Part shown: piece by piece, positions 20,870 to 32,541 of the stretch | Layout: every line of letters begins with the position of its first letter | How positions within the stretch are numbered: the stretch's first letter is position 1 | From: an uncultured virus (IMG/VR IMGVR_UViG_2061766007_000865) | Lineage: Duplodnaviria; Heunggongvirae; Uroviricota; Caudoviricetes | Length of the DNA stretch: 64,000 nucleotides | Virus record (IMG/VR): IMGVR_UViG_2061766007_000865 | Reading direction: 5' to 3' (one strand) | Notes under the pieces: model-generated | The model's input: the letters and a program-made list of their open reading frames with translations, nothing else | Told to the model about the DNA's origin: nothing | The model's database searches: none | Made by a program: the position numbers and the translations under genes

Positions 20870-23800
20870 TCAAGCAATTCCGTAGTTTTTTATATCATCA
20901 TAAGTTCCCATTTGGTTATCATGACCACGAGCGTCATATTGCAAGTTTCGTCTTATATTTGGCGTAAAGCGGTCACACGCTCTCACATATATTGTAGACT
21001 TTGGTTTATTATTGATTTCATCATACTGTACAGCCAAGCAATAATTATAACCAATCAGATTGGATAAGGTTTTATCCCAAAAACATTTATAAAGTTTTCC
21101 ATTCTTGTCATCTTCTTTAGATTGCATGAGTTTTCCATACATACACACAAAATCCTTCAAAGCTTTCCTTTCAGCATCCCATCTTTTCTTATAAGGATTG
21201 CTAGTGGTATTACCGTCAGCATTAAACTCTTCACCTAATAAACTTTCTTCTTTTAATAATGTAAGATATTTTTTAATAGATTCATTCTTATATAATGGAT
21301 AAGGTTCTCTCTTAATCTTATGTGTGTCTTGGTCATATACACTTCTCATTGGAATATAACCATTCTTTCCAGCCATTATCTGCTTTCTATACTGTGTAAG
21401 ATTATTTAGTACCCAATTAAGTATAGTGCTTGGTGAACCAGATTTAAGAACTTGNNNNNNNNNNNNNNCCAATTTCTCCATCATATTTAATTGGTATGAA
21501 GTTCTTTGCATAAGGTCCCCAAAAGATAACTTGATTTTGAGTATCTCCATGATGGTAAATTTCAATTCCACTAGTTTGGAATATTACAGCCTCTTCGCCG
21601 TATTCATTGAAATCGATATCTTTCTCTCCTAATGGGAATGCAAAATCATACCCAACACCATGTTTTTCTTGTCCTGCGCCTGTATATGCAAGATGTTCAA
21701 TTTCTTCAGTACCTCCAGTGAACCCTTCTCTTGCTATTGATTCTGAATCAGCACCGAAATGTATGCACCATTCATTTTTAACCACTCTATTGAAATCCAT
21801 AAACAACCAACTAGGTAATTCATATTCATTGCTAGTTACTTGTAGATAATATATGAATGCATCAGTTAAGTTGTTATTAACAATGATATTAGCAATATTC
21901 TCAACAAATTCATCATCATACATAATGTCTTCATCCTTAATTAATGCAAGTCTTAATGGTTCAAACTCACTAATTTGTCTTGACATTTTCGCAATATATT
22001 GCTTTGTTTCATAACTGCACTGATATACTAGGTCTTGAACTTTCTCAAAGTCAGTAGCATTAGCAGCCCATTTGAAGTAATTATATAGAGGCATGTTGTA
22101 ATCCTTCTCAAGATACTCTTTTATAACTTCCTTTGATTCATTGACATATAATGAGCTAGGTTTTATCTTATTATCAAAGAAATTCAGTATGTCGTTTATT
22201 ATCCTCTTACAAGGTGCGTTCTCATAGTCAACATAGTCTATATAGATGTCATCGTCCCCTATTTCTAGTGAGATGCATCCGTCATTCATTCTTATGAGTT
22301 CTATTAGGACTGAAATCTGTTGTGGCGTTGGTTTTTTGATGAGGTTGATGAAAGCACCTCTACAGTCACATCTAATAGCCCCAGCCTCTATAAAGCGGCT
22401 TAGAGTGACAGTTGGGGTATTTTCGTTCTCTATATGTTCTATTGAGCGATGGTCAATGCGTCTGAGACCAGCACATGATGCTTTATCGTTGGTCATATGT
22501 CTACCACTGAAATCTAGCATTGTACCATCTGGTAATATAAATCCACATTCCCTTATATCGTTGGTAACACCAAACATCTTCTTAGCTGCACCGAACACAT
22601 CGAAATTGATATAGCTCTCATTGATTGGATGATTGGATTCCTCAATGACATATATGTTGTCCCCATCGACCTTCTTTACCTTGAAAACAGCACCGCCGTA
22701 ATAAAAGNNNNNNNNNNNNNNNNNNNNNNNGTTGCTGAAGGTTTCATCTTTTTCACCATCAAGGAATACATTGTATTTCTTGTTTTCCGAAATGCTATTG
22801 AGCTTGTCATAGCACAGAGTTCTTAGATGCCATAGTTTGTCCAAGTAACCGACTCTGCGCATATATTTGTATGCGATATTTCCTGCCCCACTTTCTCCAT
22901 TTTTCTCAAGGCTTGATTTGCGCATTGCCTTAATTTTTTTCCAAAGATATTGGGCATCATCTCCAATTGTTTCAATCTTATGGGAATCGTTTGTGGAATT
23001 AATGGCAGTACACATATCGTCAATGATTGTCATGATTTCTGCTGTCTTGTTCTTGATTGAGAACTTATCAAGACCAATCGGCTTTATGCTGCCCATATCT
23101 GGTTTCTTAATCCACCCATTTTCCTCAAGGTCGTATATGCCGCCACTCTGAGGCATTTCATTTAAGTTCTGAACATACAATTCTACTGGGAATCCCAATA
23201 TCGTCAATTCACTATGCTCGTTATTCCACTCATTCTTCTTGGCATCGAGATAATCTCGTACAAACTCTGTCTTTTCATCAATTTCGTCAAAATCCACAAT
23301 GAGATGTAAATCTATGTCTGAATACTTAGACCAATTGAAGTTGCAGATTGAACCAGTCAAGATAATACCACTAGGTTTAACCCATGTAAGATTGACAAAT
23401 TCCCAGAAATCATCTGCGATATCGAGCAATCTCAATCTAACCTTGGGGTTAAGGTTTCCTTCTTTATTCCAAATCTTTGGGACTAACTCATCCTTTTTTT
23501 TAAACGAAGACAAGTTAATCTCAGAAGAATTAACTTCAAAGTCAATATTCTCTATAAGGTTCTTATACCTTCTCTTTGATTCATATGTCATAGTACCTTG
23601 CGGTTTTACTCCATCCTCAAAATAGTATATGATGTCATTTATGATTCTCTCCAAATTTGCTGGCTTATATGCTGCACTGCACAAGCACTCTGGGTACATT
23701 CTACCATTATCCTTAACAATATCAAGATACACCTCGTCTTTGCCTCTAAATATGTTCTTAAGGACACTTATCTGTTCCATTGTAGGTCTCTTCGAGAGTT

Positions 23801-24479
23801 CGATACCGTTATTTGATATTCTGATGTTTCCCAACCCAACAAACTTGCTAGGTGTCATGCCATCTATTGACGTAATCTGTATGTGGTCTGGAAATGACAC
23901 CATATCGCCATCGACAAGAAGATATGGACTAGGACCTCCTTGTTGTATCCTCTTAGCGATAGCATTCACTTCCTCCACGTCATCAATATTATTCGGTGTT
24001 GTATCCCAAGATAATATATCCTCGATTCTATATTCAGCTTGGCTGACCTTTCTACCCTCTCTGTTTGACATCATGTGAATTATTCTCTCAGGAAAATAAT
24101 CAAACAATTCGTTTAAGGTTAACTCCCCAGAGAATATTAACTCACCATCATTACTATAGCACATTAATTCATAATATGGCTCGAATTCTGTAATGTTGCT
24201 TTCATCATAACCTTCTTCCCTCGCATTGTCATGAGGAACATAGTCAATGTAATCCACATTGCTTAAATCACCTCTTTCAGATACATTATATACCTCATTA
24301 ACGTGGCAATAGTTTCCTCCTACTGGTGGGTTATCTGTTTCTTGTCCAAGTTCATACTCGTCAACCTCTGGTGTTGCTTCATTAACACAAACAGTATTAT
24401 GGCTGACATTATTAATGTCAACCATATTCTCTTTCAATGTAATTAAGCTATCTTGGTTAATAGTAATTGTCTTACCCAT
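20870..24479 (-). CDS. Large multidomain (polyvalent-like) virion protein with a Pol-beta-type nucleotidyltransferase domain and a possible ART-like domain; spans two gaps
   Basis: 'IILTGSICNFNWSKYSDIDLHL...VELYVQ' NTase motif; two related 'L.DG.M..F...H..I' domains; NES/YES spacer sites. Confidence 0.7.
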
Positions 24480-24503
24480 TCGAAACACTAAAGATTTTAG
24501 AAA

Positions 24504-24824
24504 TTAGTCACCATTGTCAATAGCATCACCGTCACCGTTGTTACGATTGCATGCACAAATACCTTGTCTGAGGTCTGTATACTTAGCACCACTCTCTGAT
24601 ATGAATGAAGCAGTCTCAATATATTTGTTATCGTTCTCAGTTGGAATTGCTGGGTCATGACCAATAGGACCGTCGTTATATGCAAGGGTCTCCATACCAC
24701 GAGTGGTCATTTTACCATTTTCACTAAGGGTTTCGTCATAATTCTTAACGTTTGTATAAAGAAGCTGGTTATCTGTATCATAACCATAACCTTCGTACAT
24801 ATAATCTAACATGTTAGTTTTCAT
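24504..24824 (-). CDS. Small acidic late protein
   Basis: 106-aa ORF with ATATTTAT upstream (24858-24865). Confidence 0.55.
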   Translation of the reverse strand: MKTNMLDYMYEGYGYDTDNQLLYTNVKNYDETLSENGKMTTRGMETLAYNDGPIGHDPAIPTENDNKYIETASFISESGAKYTDLRQGICACNRNNGDGDAIDNGD

Positions 24825-24876
24825 ATTATTTAATGTTTTATGAGTTATTTATTTCCTATAAATATTAAGAAACAAT

Positions 24877-24903
24877 AAAAGGTGCTAGATAATAGCACCT
24901 TTT
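24877..24903. terminator. Intrinsic terminator
   Basis: aaaaggtgcta-gataa-tagcacctttt. Confidence 0.75.
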
Positions 24904-24934
24904 ATTTAATATTACTGAGATAGTATCATGATAT

Positions 24935-26158
24935 TCAACCAACACTAAGTGGCATTTTTATTATTGGGTCACATTTATATCCGATAATTTTAAAATCTTC
25001 ATATTTAAAATCTTCCACAGATTTCTGGTCGTCTTCAATCACTAATTTAGGTAATTCATCATATCCTTTTCTTTTTAGATGTTCTTGAACACCTTCCATT
25101 TGATTTAAGTAAATGTGACAATCTCCAAGAGAACCAATTAATTCATCTGGAACCATATTTGTCAGTTTTGCAATCATATATGTAAGAGCTGCATAGGAGC
25201 TTATATTCCAGCATAATCCTAGTGGAACATCCACACTTCTTTGAGTCCACATACATGATAGTCCATACTTTGGAATGTCTGCGATGTCATAATCACTTCC
25301 ATCATTAGGCATTTTCACATATGTGTCATCAGCGTCTTTTGTGTATTCCTTGAACCAGTCATAATATTTTTGAGGAAGTTCACCGTTTGCATGTCTTTCT
25401 TGAAAGATTTTCGCTCTTTCTCGCCTAGTTAACTCCCTTGTGTAGAATTGGAACATAACGTGACAAGGAGGTAGCGCCATTTCATCTAATTGGTCTGGAT
25501 TAAATGCCATACACAACATCCTTCTATCATTTGGATTGGTCTTTAACGTATTGATAATGTTTTGGATTTGGTCAACCCTATTATAGCCAAATGCTCTCCA
25601 CTGCTTACCATAAACAGGTCCCAAGTCACCAAATCTATACACTGACATAAAAGAGCCGTGTATCTCAACCCTTTGTAGGGTTAAATCAATAAACTCTTCT
25701 TTTGTAATGTTTTTTAACCACTCTGTATCACGATGTTTAAGTTCGTTCTCAATCCAATATTCATAATGTGGTTTTCTTTCTGCTAGCACACCTTCATCAT
25801 CACTGATACAAATCATAAACTCATTAGTTAATGGACGCTTACTGAAACCTTCAGCGACTTCTGTCTTGAACCAGCGGTATGCGTCATCATCCCAAATGTG
25901 TACACCATTCCTAACAAGGTACTCAATATTCATACTACCATGAGAATTGAAAGGTCTCTGCAAGAACCAAAGCAATTCATGGATAACTCCCTTGGTAAAC
26001 ACTTTCTTTGTTGTTAGAAGTGGAAATCCTTCTTTGAGGTCAAATCTCAGTTGTCTGCCGAATACAGACTTGACTTGTCCAGCTCTAGTGTCTTTTTCGA
26101 CACCGTTTTCCATTATATCTCGTAATAGTGAGATGTATTCTTCGTCGCATTTTGTCAT
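24935..26158 (-). CDS. thyA: Thymidylate synthase with large insertions
   Basis: 'FPLLTTKKV', 'ELLWFL', 'GDLGPVYGKQWR', 'MALPPCH', 'QRSVDVPLGLCWN', 'GDCHIYLN'. Confidence 0.95.
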   Translation of the reverse strand: MTKCDEEYISLLRDIMENGVEKDTRAGQVKSVFGRQLRFDLKEGFPLLTTKKVFTKGVIHELLWFLQRPFNSHGSMNIEYLVRNGVHIWDDDAYRWFKTEVAEGFSKRPLTNEFMICISDDEGVLAERKPHYEYWIENELKHRDTEWLKNITKEEFIDLTLQRVEIHGSFMSVYRFGDLGPVYGKQWRAFGYNRVDQIQNIINTLKTNPNDRRMLCMAFNPDQLDEMALPPCHVMFQFYTRELTRRERAKIFQERHANGELPQKYYDWFKEYTKDADDTYVKMPNDGSDYDIADIPKYGLSCMWTQRSVDVPLGLCWNISSYAALTYMIAKLTNMVPDELIGSLGDCHIYLNQMEGVQEHLKRKGYDELPKLVIEDDQKSVEDFKYEDFKIIGYKCDPIIKMPLSVG

Positions 26159-26622
26159 GATTTCAAAGAGTTTATATATTGTATTATTGATGGTTCATTA
26201 CCTATGTATTCACCTTGTTTACTAAGTTTGTGCTTGTAGCAGTTTGGCGATTCATCTTCGTCAATTTCATTAATCCACTTTTCGAAGTTCTTATCAAGCA
26301 TTCTAATAACGTCAGGTTTTGTTCTCTTTCTCACTTGGTTTTCTATGAATTCCCCTCTTCTCCCTATTGATGGATAGAATATGTCATAATCGACCTTATG
26401 TATATTGAAGATATCTCTGATGCTGCTTAATGTTCCAATGAATACTATATCATAGTCATCAATGATGTCCATAACCCTATTGTAATAGCTTTCCAAAGCA
26501 TCTTGGGTGTTCTCTGTAAGAGTTATTTCCTCAACTGCATCAAATATCTTAGCTTTATCGCCATGTGTATTCTTAAGATACTCCCTTCCGCAACCTATAA
26601 AGCTACTGATTATTATTCCCAT
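26155..26622 (-). CDS. Degenerate P-loop kinase-like protein
   Basis: N-terminal 'IIISSFIGCGREYL' resembles a Walker A lacking the Lys. Confidence 0.45.
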   Translation of the reverse strand: MGIIISSFIGCGREYLKNTHGDKAKIFDAVEEITLTENTQDALESYYNRVMDIIDDYDIVFIGTLSSIRDIFNIHKVDYDIFYPSIGRRGEFIENQVRKRTKPDVIRMLDKNFEKWINEIDEDESPNCYKHKLSKQGEYIGNEPSIIQYINSLKS

Positions 26623-26944
26623 TCTCTAATACTTTTTTAAAATTATCCTCTTGATTTAACAAGTTGCATTTAGTTTCTTCTAGTTTCTGTTTGAATTTTT
26701 CTAGTTTTCTCTCTATTTCCTTCTCGTATTCTTCATAACCAAATACAACTGCCATTTGTTCTACTAATATTGCAACATCTGCAAGTTCTGTTATAACATC
26801 CTCCTTGGTGGCTCTGCATCTGTATGTCTTGGCTAATGCATTCATAAGTTCACTGCATTCCTCGAAAACCATTCGCACTTGAGGATGGACTCCCCATTGT
26901 TCGATAGCCCTTTTAAAAAGGCTTAGTTTCTCCCTTTTCTCCAT
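26603..26944 (-). CDS. MazG-like NTP pyrophosphohydrolase
   Basis: 'EECSELMNAL...ITELADV' acidic helix pattern. Confidence 0.75.
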   Translation of the reverse strand: MEKREKLSLFKRAIEQWGVHPQVRMVFEECSELMNALAKTYRCRATKEDVITELADVAILVEQMAVVFGYEEYEKEIERKLEKFKQKLEETKCNLLNQEDNFKKVLENGNNNQ

Positions 26945-27416
26945 CTTCAAAGTCCTTTCCTTCAATGTATAATTCCTTTCCTACTGCCTCAAGTGCAGCA
27001 CAAACAGCATCAAATGCCTCTGTTGTCAGTTTAACTTCCCTTTCGCATATGACATTATCCTTATTGTCCTTCATAGTTAGCTTACCATCCTCATAGAATA
27101 CAAAGATTCCATCTTCCATTCTGAATGTAAGCTCACCATCTAGAGTCGCAAGGTCGGCATTCTCTAGCTTCTCATACTCATAACCCTTTGGTTTGATGTA
27201 CTCATTGAGAGCCTTACCTTGTGAAGCAGCATCCCTGAAAAGCAAGTAGTCTCTTACGTCTACTTTCTTATATTCGTACTGCGTAGCATTGTTAAACACT
27301 ACCTTGAGTGTTTTCAAATCATTGTCATTGTCGATACATTCACTGTACTTAATGTTTGAACTTTGATACCAAGTCCTATCGACATCATTTGCGTAAAAGT
27401 TAAAAATCTTACTCAT
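26913..27416 (-). CDS. KTSC-domain protein
   Basis: 'QSSNIKY...LKVVFNNATQYEYKKV...SQGKALNEYIK'. Confidence 0.75.
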   Translation of the reverse strand: MSKIFNFYANDVDRTWYQSSNIKYSECIDNDNDLKTLKVVFNNATQYEYKKVDVRDYLLFRDAASQGKALNEYIKPKGYEYEKLENADLATLDGELTFRMEDGIFVFYEDGKLTMKDNKDNVICEREVKLTTEAFDAVCAALEAVGKELYIEGKDFEDGEKGETKPF

Positions 27417-27434
27417 CGTTTTAAGATATTTTTG

Positions 27435-27466
27435 CAAAGATATTAAAAAAATGTTAAAAAAGCAAA
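27435..27466 (-). promoter_or_regulatory. Bacteroidota-type promoter for the KTSC-MazG-thyA operon
   Basis: Minus-strand TTTG-N20-TATCTTTG. Confidence 0.8.
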
Positions 27467-27555
27467 TTTTTCCCAGATAAAATTCTTGATTTCCACAAAA
27501 AAATCATTATTATTTAGATATAAAATTGAAAAATATGAGTAAAAANNNNNNNNNN

Positions 27556-28804
27556 TCTGCTCTATATTCCTTTAATTCTTCGTGTATTTCTTTTTCTAAT
27601 TTTATAGGATTATCGGTTTCAACAATCTTAATCATTGTTAAACTTGGAGCGTGGTGTAAAAGAGTATGTTCTCTAACTATTTCATCATCAGCTTTTCCTA
27701 TTTTATACCATTCAGGATACATATTATCAGCTATAATATAACATTTACCTTTTTTTTCACCTTTTGTCTTTACTTNNNNNNNNNNNNNNNNNNNNNNNNN
27801 NNNNNNNNNNNNNNNNNNNNNNNNNNNNNNNNNNNNNNNNNNNNNNNNNNNNNNNNNNNNNNNNNNNNNNNNNNNNNNNNNNNNNNNNNNNNNNNNNNNN
27901 NNNNNNNNNNNNNNNNNNNNNNNNNNNNNNNNNNNNNNNNNNNNNNNNNNNNNNNNNNNNNNNNNNNNNNNNNNNNNNNNNNNNNNNNNNNNNNNNNNNN
28001 NNNNNNNNNNNNNNNNNNNNNNNNNNNNNNNNNNNNNNNNNNNNNNNNNNNNNNNNNNNNNNNNNNNNNNNNNNNNNNNNNNNNNNNNNNNNNNNNNNNN
28101 NNNNNNNNNNNNNNNNNNNNNNNNNNNNNNNNNNNNNNNNNNNNNNNNNNNNNNNNNNNNNNNNNNNNNNNNNNNNNNNNNNNNNNNNNNNNNNNNNNNN
28201 NNNNNNNNNNNNNNNNNNNNNNNNNNNNNNNNNNNNNNNNNNNNNNNNNNNNNNNNNNNNNNNNNNNNNNNNNNNNNNNNNNNNNCTTTGTTTCTTTCAT
28301 AATATATTTCCTTATAAATCTGTCTACCAATCTTTTTCTCAGCCTTAAGAATTTGTTTTGTTACTCTGTTTTGTGCCTTTAATAATATTTTATCAGCATT
28401 ACGTTTTTTATAATATTCCCTATAGTAAGCTTTCCTTTCTTCTTTATGTGCCTCATTATACGCTTTTTTCCTTAACTTCCTTTCTTTTTCACTAAGAGTC
28501 GATAACTCTCCTATTTGCCCACCACAAGTTTTATTCAAAATGTTATACGATGTATTATTTTTGTAATAATCAATCCAGTATTTCTCNNNNNNNNNNNNNN
28601 NNNNNNNNNNNNNNNNNNNNNNNNNNNNNNNNNNNNNNNNNNNGGATGTTCAACATGATGTTCACTACTAAACTGGTACGTTTTTTCACTTTCTCTATGC
28701 TTATGGGCATAATGTCTTCCCTTTGGGTTTATTGTTCTACCAATATAGATTGTGTTAAACTCTTCCCAAAGGTAAATGTAAATATTATCTTTGTTCTTCT
28801 CCAT
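27556..28804 (-). CDS. GIY-YIG family endonuclease gene(s), heavily gapped
   Basis: 'IYIYLWEEFNTIYIGRT..PKGRHYAH' at the start and T5orf172-like 'CYIIAD...YKIGKA...LEKEIH' at the end. Confidence 0.55.
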
Positions 28805-28983
28805 AATAATACTAATTTATTAANNNNNNNNNNNNNNNNNNNNNNNNNNCAACAATATATTTGTAATTTTTGTTTAAATTTTAAATAAAGACGGTTGATT
28901 TTTTAAAAAATGTTAAAATTCCAAATTATTGCTCTTGAATTTCCCAGATAAATTGTTATTTTTTAAATATAAAATTGAAAATT

Positions 28984-31028
28984 ATGAGTAAAAAGAACGA
29001 GACTAATTACACAATCGAATTAAATGGGGTGTTGGATTACATGTCAACAGTGTTGTTGAATGAGTTCCCNNNNNNNNNNNNNNNNTTTGATACTTGCCAT
29101 CTTGGACGTAAGAGACTGTCATGCAAACCTTATACTTGACAACTGCTTAATGTCCAATAACCTAGATGAGCTTAGAAAGGCATATGTAGAGGTCATAGAC
29201 GAGCACACTAATCCACAAATGAAAGACGGTAATGTAAGGTTTAATGATGAGCTAGTAAGAATATTGGATTGTGCTAAGATTGAATCTGAGAAGCTGAATA
29301 ATGGTCAGATTGGTACTGAGCATGTATTACTTGCCATGTTGAACAAGGATAACCAGTTTAGTGAAACGTCAGTCTTCAATAAATTCATGCTAGAATATGA
29401 TTTCATATTCAATAAGTGTGATGCTAAGATTGACAATGAGTCAAAATCCAACAAACTGAAGCCTAAGAAACTGAATAAAGCTAAGAAAGATATACCATTG
29501 AAGAGTCAAGTCAACACAAAAACGATTACAACAGATAATTCATCTGATTCGGTAATTGAACAGTTTACCACTAGTCTTAATAAGCTAGCTAAGAATGGTA
29601 AGATTGATGATATTATTGGAAGGGATGCTGAAATCAAGGAAATCATACAAGTCCTTTCACGACGCAAGAAGAACAATGCTGTTCTAGTTGGTAAAAGCGG
29701 CTGCGGATGTACTGCAATTGTCTATGGAATAGCGAAAATGATTGTAGAGAACAAAGTCCCATCAGTCCTTGAAGGCAAGGAGATTGTCATGCTTAATCCA
29801 ATGGCACTTGTGAGTGGAACACACTTCAGGGGAATGTTCGAGGAACGCATGAAGAACCTTATAGAAGCCTTGCAATCCTCAGAAGAATACGTCCTTTTCA
29901 TTGATGACATACACACAGTGCTCAAAAGTGGCGGAAAAGACAAGGACGGTGATATCGGTGGCATGATTGGAAACCTATTGTCTGAGGGTACTGTCAAGGT
30001 AATTGCAACGACGAACTTCAAGGAGTATAGGAATGCGATTGAATCCAACGCACAGATTTCTAGAAAGCTGCAAAAAATTATAATCGAGCCAACGTCAATT
30101 GATGAGTCAATCAAGGTTCTGAACCAGAATAAAAAATACTATGAAGAGTACCATAATGTCAACTATAGCGAAAAAACCATTGAAAAGGCTGTTAAACTTG
30201 CTGAGAGATACATAACGGATAGAAGCTTACCTGATTCTGCATTTGACCTCATTGACCTTGCTGGAGCAAAGACAGCCCTTGTTGATAGAGAACCCATTGA
30301 GATTCAGAATACCAAGAAGAGGATGAGAGAAATCGAGAACGAGAAGAATGAGGCACTCAACAATGGCGATTTTGAGAAAATTGACTCGTTGACCATTGAA
30401 GAGAATGTACTTGCTTCAGACCTTGCAGACTACAAGAGAGATATCAAGAAGCTAAATCTTGCTAGGATTGACATCACTGAGGGGGATATTGCAGATGTTG
30501 TATCTGAGGTGACAAAGATTCCAGTAAATAAGTTGTCATTAAACGAAAAGGAAAAAATTGCAAACATCGACGAAACACTGAAAAAGACCATCGTTGGACA
30601 AGATGAAGCTATTGATGATATATGTAGAGTCATCAAAAGAAATAGAGTTGGACTTAGTGATGGAAAAAAGTGTGCTGGCACATATATGCTTTTAGGAAAA
30701 TCAGGTACAGGAAAAACACTTTTAGCAAAGACAATTGCAAAAGAAATATTTGGAGATGAAAAGGCATTAATAAGACTTGATATGTCTGAATATTCAGAGA
30801 AAAGTTCAGTTGCTAAACTTCACGGAAGTAGCCCAGGATATATTGGCTATGATGACGGTGGTGTCTTAACCAATGCAATTAAGAATAAGCCATATTCAGT
30901 GGTCTTACTTGACGAAATAGAAAAGGCTGATGAATCGATTTACAATCTATTCTTGCAAGTATTTGATGAAGGAAGACTGACAGAAAGCAATGGAAACGTA
31001 GTAGACTGTCATAACTGCATATTCATTA
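28984..31028 (+). CDS. clpC: ClpC-like AAA+ chaperone (3' end in gap); NBD1 degenerate
   Basis: Clp N-repeats 'IGTEHVLLAML', 'IIGRDAEI...LSRRKKNNAVLVG', UVR-like M domain, NBD2 'GKSGTGKT', 'RLDMSEY', 'PGYIGYDDGG', 'LLDEIEKA'. Confidence 0.88.
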
Positions 31029-31470
31029 NNNNNNNNNNNNNNNNNNNNNNNNNNNNNNNNNNNNNNNNNNNNNNNNNNNNNNNNNNNNNNNNNNNNNNNN
31101 NNNNNNNNNNNNNNNNNNNNNNNNNNNNNNNNNNNNNNNNNNNNNNNNNNNNNNNNNNNNNNNNNNNNNNNNNNNNNNNNNNNNNNNNNNNNNNNNNNNN
31201 NNNNNNNNNNNNNNNNNNNNNNNNNNNNNNNNNNNNNNNNNNNNNNNNNNNNNNNNNNNNNNNNNNNNNNNNNNNNNNNNNNNNNNNNNNNNNNNNNNNN
31301 NNNNNNNNNNNNNNNNNNNNNNNNNNNNNNNNNNNNNNNNNNNNNNNNNNNNNNNNNNNNNNNNNNNNNNNNNNNNNNNNNNNNNNTATACATTCAGTGC
31401 CTCTTGCGAAAGCGGAGAAATTATAATCAGATAATGCTCATAATTTTTTCAGATATTTTATAGTTAAGCA

Positions 31471-31508
31471 AGGGGAAGGTTTATCAATATTTCAACCTTC
31501 CCCTTTTT
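31471..31508 (+). terminator. Intrinsic terminator
   Basis: aggggaaggtt...aaccttcccct followed by T-run. Confidence 0.7.
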
Positions 31509-31536
31509 GTAAAATAAGCAAAAAGATATTAAAAAA

Positions 31537-31568
31537 TTTGTTTTTCTAAAAAAAATTGTATATCTTTG
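31537..31568 (+). promoter_or_regulatory. Bacteroidota-type promoter
   Basis: TTTG-N20-TATCTTTG. Confidence 0.8.
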
Positions 31569-31590
31569 CAAATGTAAGTTTATTTTTTGT

Positions 31591-32163
31591 ATGGAAATAA
31601 ATTTATGCAACAAGTTGATTGACAACGACTTAACCAAGGAAAACTTGTTGGAAAGGGTTGAAATAAGGAAGACCTCTATAGATGATTTAGTCCAAATCTG
31701 CAAGACTTTGGCTAAAGCTTTTGGTTTGTCAAACGATGTAGAAGCACTACAGCAACTTTGTCAGTCCAAGGTACTCTTGGAAGACTCAGTTAAACTAGTT
31801 GACAAGGAAAGTGGCGAGATTTATGGCTTACTCATGTTCTGTGAGTGCCCAATAAAGTTCGGTTCTCCAATCTCATTCGTTGAGAGTGAGCTTTCAGAAT
31901 ATTTAGACAGATATGCTCAAGTCAATGGGCATTCGTTCATAATCGATGAAAGGCTTCGTGGAACTAATCTAGATAAAAAGATGCTGTTCTTCAATATCGA
32001 GTTCTTGAGAGATAATTATGACTTTATTTGGATAGGTGTGGAAAAATCTCTACGTAGCTTATCATATTGGCATAGATTGGGATTTGTGGATGTGTTTGAA
32101 ATACCAGAGGCAACGTTTTGTCTTATACCATTAAGCAAAAAGATGATTAAGAACTATTTATAA
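31591..32163 (+). CDS. GNAT-family acetyltransferase
   Basis: 'FIIDERLRGTNLDKKML', 'YWHRLGF'. Confidence 0.7.
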   Translation: MEINLCNKLIDNDLTKENLLERVEIRKTSIDDLVQICKTLAKAFGLSNDVEALQQLCQSKVLLEDSVKLVDKESGEIYGLLMFCECPIKFGSPISFVESELSEYLDRYAQVNGHSFIIDERLRGTNLDKKMLFFNIEFLRDNYDFIWIGVEKSLRSLSYWHRLGFVDVFEIPEATFCLIPLSKKMIKNYL

Positions 32164-32181
32164 TAATAAACGAGATTTATT

Positions 32182-32541
32182 ATGAAAAGATTCATATTAT
32201 CTGAGAATGGTTTAGACACACTCAAGAAAAGCTTGATAAAAGAGGCTTGTTACGAGGAGCATGTGAAACACGGCTCTCAATTCCTTACTGCAAATTACAA
32301 GGCAATACCTTATGACGATGGTAAGGGTAAGATTGTTGGTGTGTTCATGAAATTGGACAATGGTCAGCCAACTAAGATGACATGTTGGAAACAAGATGTG
32401 CTTGATGCACTAGACAAGGAATTTTATAATAGAATAACAAACGATACCGAAAGAAAAGGCTTCATAAGCCAATTGCTAGACGATTGGTATAATGGTGGAA
32501 TTAGTAAATATGGAAGTCTGACAAAGTACAATTTTAACTAA
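32182..32541 (+). CDS. Putative head protein with degenerate leader
   Basis: MKRFILSENGLDTLKKSLIKE; CTATTTAT upstream (32154-32161). Confidence 0.55.
   Translation: MKRFILSENGLDTLKKSLIKEACYEEHVKHGSQFLTANYKAIPYDDGKGKIVGVFMKLDNGQPTKMTCWKQDVLDALDKEFYNRITNDTERKGFISQLLDDWYNGGISKYGSLTKYNFN

Noticed and set aside
24935..26158. thyA-like gene as a dCMP hydroxymethylase for DNA hypermodification
   Set aside because: It retains canonical TS motifs, including the dUMP-specifying Asn.
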